Source of the DNA: Auanema rhodensis
Lineage: Eukaryota > Animalia > Nematoda
Direction: 5' to 3'
NCBI GenBank assembly: GCA_964057225.1
Contig: OZ059896.1
Coordinates: forward strand, 14,136,001-14,200,000
Length of the DNA stretch: 64,000 nt
Shown here: piece by piece, positions 51,882 to 64,000 of the stretch
How the letters are laid out: the number at the start of each line of letters is the position of its first letter
Position numbering within the stretch: the first letter of the stretch is position 1
The notes under the pieces: model-generated
Told to the model about the DNA's origin: nothing
Seen by the model: the letters and a program-made list of their open reading frames with translations, nothing else
The model's database searches: none
Translations under genes and position numbers: made by a program

Positions 51882-53689
51882 CATAGAGTCATTGATAGAG
51901 ATAGATAGATAGAGAGAGTTACTACTCATTTCTTGTGTTCATAACTATACCATGTTTGATGAGCAAAAACATGCAACGAAGAAACAATGGGTGAAGCTTG
52001 AAGCAGATCACAACTACGTCAGATTTAGCGGAAATTCACCACAAAAGCTGCAATTCGTACTTCATATTTCTAGTCTTTGCCTAATGAGAATCTATATATT
52101 CCTTTAATATAACAGCCAAATACTGAATTTGTACAAATTTTAATTCAAAAGAGAGAAATATAAGGATATATTTATATAAATATATACATATATAGTATGT
52201 CAAATCTATACATATAGTTAATGGATAAAATCTATTAATCATTAAATTCTTACAACTTCCTACATTTTTGTTCATAGTTCACAAGTTTTCCGACAAATTT
52301 TCAAAGAGAATGGATCCACATTTTTAACTTTTTTGTTATCTGTATCTGTGATAGTTCGCAAAATCAATCGGGTTTGTTTTATAATGAAATAAGAGAAAAA
52401 TGGAATTATCAGATGCAGGAAAAGTAGATAGAGAGAAAGAGAAAGAGTGAGAGAGAGAGTGAGAGAGAGAGAGAAAGAGAGAGAAAGAGAGAGAAAGAGA
52501 GAGAAAGAAAAAGAGAGAGAAAGAGAAAGACAGAGAGATTAAAGAAAGGTAATTCCACGTTAAATTTTATTCAGAATGATGGATATCAAACTTCTCAGAA
52601 TTGAATCCGAAGAGTAGATATGAGTAATACATATCGAAATTCAGGAAATTCAACTAGAATTACAGTATAATATTTAATTTTTTATTCTAAAGCAAAGGAA
52701 TGAATTTGAAAGGAATAATTGAAGCAAATAAAGGCACGATAACTAGCGATGAAGACCAAGTGAGCTTGATTGTAAAAAAAATCTCGACAATGGCAATTAT
52801 TTAGGCAAAAGCTTGAGGCTAAATTCATATATAATCCTCCGCCGTGCTTCGTTTTTAAATCAGTTATTCTAGTAGAGTTTTAAAAAAATATACACAGAAA
52901 GGCATGATGATTAGGGTTAGGATGAGGAGAGACGGGGGTAGATGAAGAAGAGAAGAAATATGCTGTTCTATACTATTTTATTTTATAAAATATTTAAAAA
53001 AAAAGCAAATAAACAAGAATAAAAACAAAAAAGAAAAGAGGCAAAGAGAGAGAGAGTGAAAGAGAGTAGTATAAGATAAATGAAATAGAGTTAGTCTACT
53101 GTATGAGTTGTAGATCTTATTGAGATGCTTATTTAAGCTGAAATCTCTTTATATGATTACAACAGGTATTTTATAAATTGAAAAAGAGAAAAAATGAAAG
53201 AGAAAGAGAGAGAGAGGGGGGAGGGGGTGGAAGAAAGAAAACATAAATTGTATAAATTCAAGAAAATTTGAATGAAATACTGTCTGTGGATATACAAACT
53301 GACATAGATGAAGTTCAGGAGAGATGGTCAGCAACGCACTTCGTTTTATGGAAATCTATCGTAGCGAACTTCATCATGACCAGGAGAAAGCAGGATGAGA
53401 CACTCAAACATAAGCCGAAATTGAGAGAAATGAACATTTCCATCAGACTGTCAGTCAGTCATTCAGTAGTCAGTTTAACAACTATTCAGACAAACCATAT
53501 ACTATACTAAACATAGCTGATCGATTAACGTATAAAAAAAGTTGAAAAGAATCATTAAAACCATAAACGAATTAGATGGATTAACTTGAAAACGAAGAAA
53601 ATTGGCGGATAGTTGAGCAATCTATATATTATAATACGTAATTATATTCAAATCATGATATTTTTGAGGTACAAAAGTGAAAGAAACAT

Positions 53690-53722
<33 letters not shown>

Positions 53723-56002
53723 AAAGGGGAGGGGGTTTAACTAGGGATGAATGTAGTAAGTACAGATGTAAGGTTAACTGAATATAAATTAAAAGATAGA
53801 GAAACAACCGTTCTTTCCAGCTGCAAAATTTAAAAATGATTATTGACGTGTGTTAAACAATAGTTTTTACGTGTAGTTCACGTGGAAACGCAAATTAATT
53901 CACATAAAATAATCAAAAAGATATTGTGAAAATATGAAACAGAATTCAAAGGAAAGAGAGACAAATCAAAATGGAGAAGGAAAAGATAAACGGAAGAAGA
54001 AAAAGAAAACAAAGGAGAACATGCAAGTGTGAACATGTTGAGGGAAAAAAATAACAAGGAAAAAGTAAAGAAAAAGAAAACGGAGAAGTTCAATATTAGG
54101 GGAAAGTAATTTGGAACCGTTCATGATATACTCAGTATGGAAATAAAGGAAAAGGACAGAGAAAAATGAAAGAAATAGGGGAAAATAAGGGAACAAAGAG
54201 AGAGAAAGGGACAGAAATGGTAGATAAGATAGAGCTATAGAGGGTGAGAGAAGTAAAGAGGATATAGAGACAAAAATAGTAAGAGAGGGAGAGATTGCGA
54301 GAGAAAGAGAGAATGAACGGCAAAGAGAGGAAATATGGTAACGTTAATGCTCTTAACGTAAAACAGGATTTCAAACTGTCATCAACAGACTAAGTACCAC
54401 TAAGTTTTACTGAAGTTATAGTTGGTAAAACGAATAGGAGAGTTAGATAGAGAGGAAGGACCAGATAAGAGAAGGGGTGTAAACGAGACAGTAAGAGAGA
54501 TAGAAAGGTAATGTGAGAGAGTATTGAATTGTAAAGAGAGAAAAAGAGAGAGTGAGAGGTAGAGAGAAGACAAGGAAATATTTCTTAAATGGGTAACACC
54601 TAAAAATTAAAAAATATACATTTATGAAAATAGTTATTGATTTGTATCATGATGAATAGTTAAGAAAACTATGAAATGCTGGCAATTTTTCGTTCTTATT
54701 AGTCAAAGAAGTTTATAGAAAACGTGGAATTTTTCTGTGAAAATACAACATCTCCAGATGTGATGATAGAAAAGACAAATAATATTGTTTTTAATGAAGA
54801 AACTATAAGAGAGTATAAAAGAGAAAGAAAGAGAAATTTGAAGAGAATAAGAGAAAAAGAGATTATAATCTAGTGATTTTCAAAAAAAAAAAGAAAGAAA
54901 AGAGATGAGAGGATTTTGAAAGAAAAACATAAGCGTGAACATGCTGAAAAGTCATAATGATTGAACATGAAACTCTTGATGTTACTGCTGCTGCTGCTGA
55001 TGATGATGATGCTGCTACTACTTCTGGCGGAAAATAGTCTGTCAGATCTATTCCAATATTTTTTTTCAAAGTGAAACCAATAGAAAGCAAAAGATGAGAA
55101 CAAATGATTCACCTGACCACGGAAATACAGAGACAGCATTCGAGGTGAACTCAAGTGGTTCCATATATATAAATATAAATATATTTTCTCCAAAAAATGA
55201 AAATATTGATATATGGAAGAACAAGAAAAAAATGGTTTTGGTAAGTGAAAAAGAAGAGAAAAGTAAAGATATGAATAGAATAAAATGCATAGTATATCTA
55301 ACCTATTTTAATGTTCAATATGGTCAAGGCAAAATGTTACCAAGGTTGTTAGTTAGCAGCATCAGCAGTTGTTTAAGCAATTCAATGTCTTTTCACTTAT
55401 TTTTGAGTATTATCTCTTTTTAAAGTTGTAACATAGATAAAGCTTAATTTCATTGGTATAGTTCATTGATAAGATCGTGAGATGACACATAAGGATGAAA
55501 TAGCTTATACATTACTGATAAATTTGAATGAAACTTAATTATATGTAGATGATATATCTATTTTACTTATATTTGTTTCTAATCCTTTCTTTTCTTCAAG
55601 TTTAAACATGGCTATATGTCAAAAGGTTGGAGAAGAGAGACAAAACAGTCAGTTGTATTGCGGTACAAGTGCGATTGGAGCCATCAAACACTTGGTTAAA
55701 GAAGGCTATAAAGCTTTCATCTTACTAATTCTTCAACATTACCAATCTAATCAATGTATGACAAACCAAATAAATAAAAAAATTCTTAATAAGTATAACT
55801 GACTGAGTAAGTATGTTGAATAAAGATATTAAAATAATAATGTAGTAACAGGTTGAATTGAGAGATTGATCGTGCAAATCAAGCTTAATGAGAAATAGAA
55901 TTCAGCTGGGTTTCCATTTAAGCGTAATATCCACTTATCTCTAGGTATCTTTCGCTTGTTCTCTTTTTCCTCTACATCAGCACAGTGTGCCTCTTACCTT
56001 TA

Positions 56003-56005
<3 letters not shown>

Positions 56006-56064
<59 letters not shown>
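56006..56064. repeat. (CT)n microsatellite
   Basis: Perfect run, inverted relative to the local purine-rich plus strand. Confidence 0.9.
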
Positions 56065-56068
<4 letters not shown>

Positions 56069-57602
56069 TCTCTCCTAATTCCCTCTCTTTTCCTCTCAGA
56101 TACCTAACATTATGGCAAGCTTTACAGCACCACCTAATCTCATGTATTTCTCAAAAGTCGTCCATGCTTCTCTAGCTGACTAGGCTGTGAGCTAAGCTGC
56201 GTCCATATCGCATAGTGACAAGCTCGTATTTTCAGATGTTGGCAACGACAGACAGTTAGTAGATTAGGTTTATTACTGGTTGTTATACCTTGAAAAAGCT
56301 CTTATTTCTTACTACCAGTATTACAACTTGAAATAAAATAAAATCATTGACAAGTATAACGATATAGTAATCTAAATTGAATTATGATTATATGAGACAA
56401 GAGAATGAACATACATACATACATGTATCCATCAGGTAGAACCAAATCAAAATTAGAAAATGAAGAAAAAGTTTAGAAAGAAAGAAAGAAACATTAGAGA
56501 AATATAATATAAGATAAATGAAAAGAAGCAATTAAGCAAGAAATTTGAGTTTAAGCTTCTTACATACACATACATCTAGTCTCCTGCAACTACAGTATGA
56601 AGTATAAAGATGTATATAATCATTTACATTAAAGAAAGAATAGGATGAAATCAGTGAGAAGAACAAGAATCTTGCAACAAATTGAAAGTTCTCTCTATTT
56701 TCTTAGAAATATATAAAAATATAATTATTTAGTTAATCAAGTAAAATATTGAAAATTCATACAAAACTCAAATAGGAAAAGCCTAAATAGGGGAACTCAA
56801 TTGGAAAATTATCATTTTGTCACAAATAAATCTGTGAAATGAAGAATTAAGAAGAAAAAAAAAGAGAAAAGAAGATAAACAGCAGTATTCGTCTATGTTA
56901 TTCAGTTAGTTAACTGAAACAAAATTTTAAAAAGAAAAATTAAAAAGAAAACTTATAGGGGATGAGGGGAGGGGATGGTTAGGATAAGGGACTGATATTG
57001 AATCTAATCTGGTATAACATTGTATATTATATTAATAAATAAAATAAAATAAATAATAGAAATTGTAGTTTGTAATTAGTTGAAATCAAAATAAACTAAC
57101 CTCTAAGCTGTAAAAAGAAGCTGCTTATTCCAAAACTTTGTTCAAAATTGTTATAGAATATGGATTAGAAGGCAAGATAGTTTAGTTAGTTCTTTTCCTG
57201 AAAAAGTAGGATATTGTTAAATAAAAAGCTGATTTACAGAATTATGGCATGATAATACAGAAAAATGAAAAAAATGTTCCAAATATGAAGAAAAAAAAAG
57301 AAAGTACGAGGGAAAATACTGATTGACAGAGAAAGAAGATGAATCTTGGATTAACAAGAGATCAATCAATAATTTTATATATTTAATAACAAATAAAGGA
57401 TATAAAATTACAAATTTTTAGAACATCTGGTTTTGGCTCTATTTCTATATTAGTGTGAGAAGACGGAAATTGAATCTAAACATTAAAGTTTTGAAACAAA
57501 GACTATATAGAAAAGAGGGAAAAAAGGGGGAAATGATAAAGACAAAAAGAAAAAGATACAGAAACACGTGAAAAGCTGGAAATAAACAAATTCATATAAA
57601 TT

Positions 57603-57636
<34 letters not shown>

Positions 57637-57637
57637 T

Positions 57638-57693
<56 letters not shown>
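57603..57693. repeat. Compound (TA)n(GA)n microsatellite
   Basis: Direct reading. Confidence 0.9.
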
Positions 57694-57696
<3 letters not shown>

Positions 57697-59204
57697 GAAG
57701 GGAAAGAGTATCAAAGGTTATGGCCCAAATCTCAGAGCAAATTATTGAATACAAAGGCTTAATTGGATGAAAAGGTGTGAGAATAACTGATCGGATATAC
57801 AAACGAGATCAAGAGAGATATGCTTGTTGAGCGAAACAAATAGAAATATTTTGAACCCTGAAACCTTTGAATATGAAAAGTTAGTTTATTTTAGTTTTGA
57901 TATCATTGTAATAATTTTAAATATTTCATTTAGATTAATTTGCAAAAAAAAAAACGATTAAATTTCCCTTTTTCTTGCAAATGATACAAATTATTAAAAA
58001 TTCTTGTTCAAGGACAGGCTATATGAAGAAAATATATTTATTTTTTGCAGAAAAACAGTTGAGCAAAGATTTCTGCGGAGCTGGTTTCTGTGTACTGAAT
58101 GATCTCAAGAAATAACAGAAGGTAACAAAACTGATTGATGATGAGCAGCTTCTTGAACAAAAAAGCCGACGATTGACAGGCTAACGAAACAGATGGCCTG
58201 TAAAGGGATGCTGCCCTGGCTGTTAGACTGACAACATTGCCTTAAGCCATTGAATACATGACGAGAATTAGCTTCTTGGTTGTGAAGAAGCTTATCGCCT
58301 TTAGGAGGTTTAGGCCTTAAAGCGTCTCGTGACTGGGAAAGAGTGAAGGGACAAATCAATAAGCTAAGAAACACCGTACTTGAAAGTATATAGAGCGATG
58401 GACATAAGAGCTACAAGGAATAGGTTGATAAGGCGACAAGGAATAGTTTCAGTAAAAAGCAGGAAGGAGGATGTGGATGTTAGAAAAGAAGGAAAAGAGA
58501 AAAAGAAGGAGTAGAAAGTCAATGCGTTTAAATGTAACTGAAGATTTGACATAGACAGGAAATTTCAGAAATAATTAGTATAAATTGAGTAAGTATAGTT
58601 AAAAAATAAGGGAAACGATATAAAGAAACAAAGAGAAAAGAAAAGAGAAGATAAAGAGAGAGAGAGAAAGAAGAAGAGGGAAAAGTGAGAGAGAGAAAAT
58701 GAATATTGTGGAGGCGGATGTATGAAAACAAACTTAATGATATATTGTTATGGCGTATAAGACGTTTTCAAAATAAGAAGGCAAAATACAAAAGAGAATC
58801 GAAAACGAAAAAAAAAGAAAAGAAGGAGAAGAAATTGAAAATACAATGCATTCTAACACAATTCAGTTTCTCATAGTTACATTACAAAGCAAGTGAATCT
58901 GACTAGAGGAACTATAGATATACGTTGTTGAAGGCGGGAAGTTAATCATAACGGTTATGGGAGAGAAAGAGGGAAATTCAGAAAATCTCTCGTTTTGATG
59001 AAAAAAACATCCAAATGGAGAGTTACATACATACATATGTATGAGATCAACTACATTGTTAGTTAGATTATCGACATATAGTTAAAGACAAACGATATAG
59101 TATGGTATGAGAAGAGAGTAAAGATGACAATAAGGAATAGAATTTTAGGTCAACTAAGGACTCACAATAAGGGAATATGGTATATTGACTACATAGGAGG
59201 GAAA

Positions 59205-59239
<35 letters not shown>

Positions 59240-62200
59240 AAGGGAGAAAGAGAAAATGAAAGAGAGAGAAGCAGCAAAGAGAAATCCTCTTAAGGCCCTT
59301 ATGACCTAAGCTCACCAATGAAAGTATGCTGATGTTTATAGCTACTTTATAGCTAATAAATTGATTTAAAGGAATATTATAAGAAAAAGAATAATTATTT
59401 AAAAGGAAAAATTTCAAAAAAGAACTTCTGGGGAATATAGAGAATAAGATTTTATAAAATACAATCATAGATTGAATCCAGAATATATGGTGGAAAATCA
59501 CTTTTCCAATGTTTTCTGAGACAGAAGAGATGGTTTGTTGGGAAAGTGACTAGGCCAAGCTGGGTTAAGGTTGGTAGTGTATAAGGTCTTAACGTAGAGA
59601 TAGTAACTACTAAAGAGACTGTGTGAGAGTTAGAGAAAGACTATGAACGAAGGCCAGACTTGGCGCCAAACCTTAAGCCGCGCCTAATCCCTTTTCCTGC
59701 ACTAGGCTGCATAATAGCTACAATGACTAGGATGACCATTTTTTGATATTTTTTTGTAAAAAGTTCAAACAGATTAGAGAAGTAAATTGATGGAAAAGGT
59801 AGGTTAGAAGTACGAAGTAGAAGCTATACTGAGACACATCATTGAATTATGATAGGTTGAGAAATGTAAAAGACATTCCCTTTTCATTTCTTGAAATTAA
59901 GATTAAAAATAAATTTTCTTTACTATATTCATGAAAATTTATAATAATTATAAAGAATATGTGATAATATTACTGAATAATTCTTAAAATCGAATTATAA
60001 TTATGTACATGTGTTAAGGGCAGCAGGTGCTTGATTATATAAAGATTCTTCAGACTCTTATATGTCTAGGCACTAGATTACATAGAGCCTTTATTTGTTT
60101 AAATATACATATAATTAGGCTGAAAACATAAAAATATATAAGAATAGAGGGATAAAGGCCAATAAAGCATGAATCTTATCTTTTGAACGTGATCACTTTG
60201 AGCTTATTAAGTTTGCTAGGCTTAATGTGAACCACAACGAGAAGCATTGTTTGAAAAGTTTTCAAGAGGAGACCGAAAATTTTTTTGTGCTCATTGAAAA
60301 AGGGGTTCGATCTCGAAATAACAGAATATGAGGCTTTTGCAACGTTGCTTCTAGTTGCCTTATCAGGTTGGCCATAACTTCGATAAGACCCTAAGTTTCC
60401 AAAGAATATGAAGAATATACCTTATCAAATAATGCTTTTATGGAAATAAGCTTGATTTTGAAATAAGATAACGCATGTTTCCGTTAGATGATAGAGGTAA
60501 GATGAACATACTGAACACATATTAAGCATTTTTCAATGAAAAAAATAACTTTAGCTGCTTAATCAAAAGATTTTAGAAAATTAATTATACAATATAGTAT
60601 AAGATATAGATAATATTATGTTATAATGACGTTAGTACTGTAGAAAAATAAAATAAAAAAGATAAATGAGGAATAACGAACTTTATTTATTTTCAAATAA
60701 TATAATTTAGTTATCAAATCTTTTGAATTTATATGTATAAATATGAAAATGACATATCACATTGACAAGGTATATTAAATTGATTCGTACTATAATAAGT
60801 CTTATAAATAATAAAATACTTAAAGGTTATATGACGTTAAAAATATATTATATAAGTATTATTAGAATACAAGAGAACTAAAGAGAGAATAAGAAAGAGA
60901 GATAGTGTTGAAAGAGAGAGAGAGAGAAAGAGAGAGAGAGAAGGAGAGTATGTATTATGCCTGAAGCAATAAATAGATATTCTAGTAGATATTCTATTGC
61001 CATCTTATACGTAATAAAGTATAATATCCAAATAAATAATAAACAATCTGCATAACTAGTTTAATTTTTCGATCAAAATGCTTTTACTAATCTATGAAAC
61101 AAGTGTTTGTAACTTCAATTTTCATATGTTATAACTAACTACATATACATACATATAGTTATATATATATAGTTATATATATACATAGTATGACTAATTA
61201 ATATTTTATTTAATAACGGTAAAAATATGACAAAAAAAAAGAAATTTCTAAATAACGTATAGGTAGATACGATTATTCAGAAAACATTTTTATAAAAATA
61301 TTTGAAAAATAATATTTTAAGGTACAATTTCTCAATTTTTAAATAGAACAGAATATATAATTCTGATAATATATATGCATAACTTTGCATGATTTCAATT
61401 ACATTGATCTCTGACATAAATCTCTTGAAATTCAGGTGCTTTTACTTGAATTTATCTAATTAACTATATTAACTATATAGTATAAACAAATGTTATTTTT
61501 CTTTTTTTTCCATTTGTCAAATAGATTAGTAGTTTATTACATAAATATGAATATTCACTACGTGTGTGAGTAGCCACGTGAACATCTCACGCTTAATTTT
61601 ATTTTGTTTTACTGACGTAATAGGTTGCAATTTTTACTGAAATTAGGAAAAATAATTATAAAAATAAGATTTATTCTTCTTTTTTTCTTTTTTTTTGTGT
61701 TAAAAGAAAAGAACTTTTGTTTATTTTTAAAACAAATATATTGAAGCAAGCAAAATCATTTTTATGAATTCAATCAAAGGTGTATGTATTTATAATTTTT
61801 TTAATTAAAACAAGAAATATTTATATTTATAATTAAAAAAAATAATAATATTGTTATCACTATTTTTAGAAAAAAAAGAAAGAAAAGAAAAAAGCCTAAA
61901 AAATACTTCTTTCACAGATTATTATGTTTTGAGCGGTTTGCTAATTACTTTTTGTATTTTTATTTAAGAATAATTCCAGAAATTAAAATTTGTATTTGAG
62001 AAATGAAAATTTGCTAAAATTTTAGTTTGTGTACTATGATCAAACTATGTTAATATTATCTTATTTCTATAAATATATGTATAAAATCATTTAAAGTTTT
62101 TTTTCTTATTGAATATATAATAAAATTATATTTTATTTAAAATTATTAATTTATATTTATTCAATCAAAATGTAAATGAAATACAAATTTTGTTAAAATC

Positions 62201-64000
62201 ATTCTACAGCTTATGCTTATGATTGTTAAGGCTTCAACTAAGTTTTAGCTTTAATCCTAACATTAACATCTGAAACTTGTACCTATATCAAATATTTTTT
62301 ATTTGATTTCTCCAATAGAATTTTGATTTCTTCAGGGAAAAGTTGGAATAGTTGTTTTATTTTTAAACAATTTTATTTGGTTTTAAGTTATAAATACATT
62401 GATTTGCACATTTTTTGTAGACGACCATTGTTGCAAAAAAACATGAAAAAGATAAATGTGAAGAAAATGGTTGAAAATACATATTTATAAAGGAAGAAAA
62501 TTATTTTTAATTGTAAAATGACAAAAATAAGAAAATATAAAGGTTGAATTGGAGTAGAAGACTAAATGGCTAAAATGACTTAAAAGTCAGATGAAAGCTA
62601 TGATGACGATACACTATAAGCAGAGTCAGAACAGGCATGGAATTTCAATTGGCGTCTACTTACCATAGTAAGAAAATATATACCGATATCGTTAAGAGAG
62701 AAAGAATAAGAAATATAGAGAAAAATTAAATATAAGAAATTACGAGAGAGGGAAAGAGAGAAGGAGAGAGAGAACAAACAAAGCATCCGTTGTCAGTTCT
62801 AGCTGGTTAGCTGGAATAAGCTGGATGAGAAGTAAGAAAGTTCTATTTCAAAAACAGCTTCCGGATAATTTCAATACGGCAAAGAGAGAAGGGATCTTTT
62901 ATGAATTTAAATTTAAATTATTAATTATTAAAATGCTTTCTAATATTTCATATCCTGTTAATTCTTATTAGGAGTTTTCCGAATAAAATTAGCAAAGTCG
63001 AAATTTTTCTAAGATTCCACATGAATAGTCCTCAAGCTTCATCATTGCCAACCTATTCCACTTTTATCAATGTTTCCTTTTATTAATTTATTTAATAATT
63101 GTCTTAAGAAAACAATGTAACTAAGTAACTGAAAAAGTAAAGTAGACGTGTTGTTCATCAACAAATATTAGAAACATCTGTCTATATTTGACCAAAAATG
63201 AATGAAAATATTAATTATATTTTTAAATTTGACTATGATATCATATCAAGACTTTTCATTTATTTATTGATATTTTTCAACATTTCTCAGAATTTAAAAA
63301 AAAAAAACAAAAAAAGGTAAATGATTTAATATAGTTTTGAAAATTTCAATTCATTTTTTGTGTGTGTGTGTTACCATAATATTTGATCGAAATTAGTCCA
63401 ATTTTCACATTTTTTTTCTTGGAAAAAAGCAAAATTTGGCGATAAATAGTTGGATGCATGTGGAATATTGTCGCTGAAAATATCCCACATATATGATATT
63501 TATTTTCTTTTATTCTTTTCGTTTTCTAAGATATAGCTTTGCCTGAAGCTAAGACGTTAAGCTTCTAACGGAAGACTGGGCATTGAGGCATTAAACTAGT
63601 AATGTTAAGCTTTATCTCTCTTTCTTTCTCTGTATATTGCTCTCAATGCTCTAAATATTAGTTTCAATTTTCATATATAAGTATGAATCTATAGAATAGA
63701 GATGAATATACTATGCATTATACTTGCAAACCATTATCGTTTGCTCAAGTCAACTTGACACAAATCATTTTGATTATCGGGTTTTCAGGATATTTCTTGA
63801 GAGTTCATGTATTTTCAGCATAGTTTGCAAACCACAATCGGTGCACTTCTTCAAACATCTTTTAAATTGAAAAAAATCCTTTTTCATCATTTTGGGGGGC
63901 AAATATCTTTAAAATACGCGTCGTATTTGTTTCTCATAATTATGTAAGCTTAAAAGGCAAGTTTAAAACTTGGTATAAGGCTCATAAAGAAAAAAAAATT

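Noticed and set aside
43131-59501. Many minus-strand F/L/S-rich ORFs
   Set aside because: Same compositional artefact on the opposite strand.
58239-59705. Scattered TTAGGC/GCCTAA-like words suggesting telomere or DNA-elimination break sites
   Set aside because: Only isolated hexamers, no tandem array; better explained as stem arms or chance.
60300-60316. GGTTCGA B-box / T-loop-like motif
   Set aside because: No A-box, acceptor stem or cloverleaf around it; not a tRNA.
1-64000. CRISPR array, rRNA, intact transposase or retroelement ORF
   Set aside because: Eukaryotic sequence with no regularly spaced direct repeats, rRNA signatures or long element ORFs.

Overview
AT-rich nematode genomic DNA, most likely a clade V (rhabditid) species: TTTCAG-type acceptors, many 42-50 nt introns, acceptors just before start codons, and abundant (CT)n/(GA)n microsatellites. 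I reconstructed three spliced genes by hand with consistent exon phases. (1) A minus-strand, N-acylated (MGCGPS) CHK/ecdysteroid-kinase-like protein with a degenerate catalytic motif, running off the left edge (2370 to <1). (2) The L1CAM orthologue sax-7/lad-1 on the plus strand (22357-34393, 35 exons, 1331 aa: 6 Ig, 5 FnIII, TM, FIGQY, STFV). (3) A convergent atypical-homeodomain gene matching nsy-7 on the minus strand (42934-37731, 7 exons, 254 aa). About 35 kb is non-coding but strongly strand-skewed, suggesting ~17 kb transcribed 5' regions for both sax-7 and nsy-7. The most unusual signal is that the GC-richer islands in these regions and in the long introns repeatedly form unique-sequence, nested stem-loops, often with G-U pairs favouring the sense strand. 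This suggests a pervasive RNA-structure architecture in long introns/outrons. Other leads: intron retention would turn FIGQY into FIGQFL*, a hairpin fills the intron before the TM exon, an intronic GC island may drive a short sax-7 isoform, a decayed CxxC-CxxC frame sits in sax-7 intron 9, and a paired E-box motif recurs. All structures were found by eye; no folding or statistics were run. Most ORF-track entries are low-complexity artefacts.
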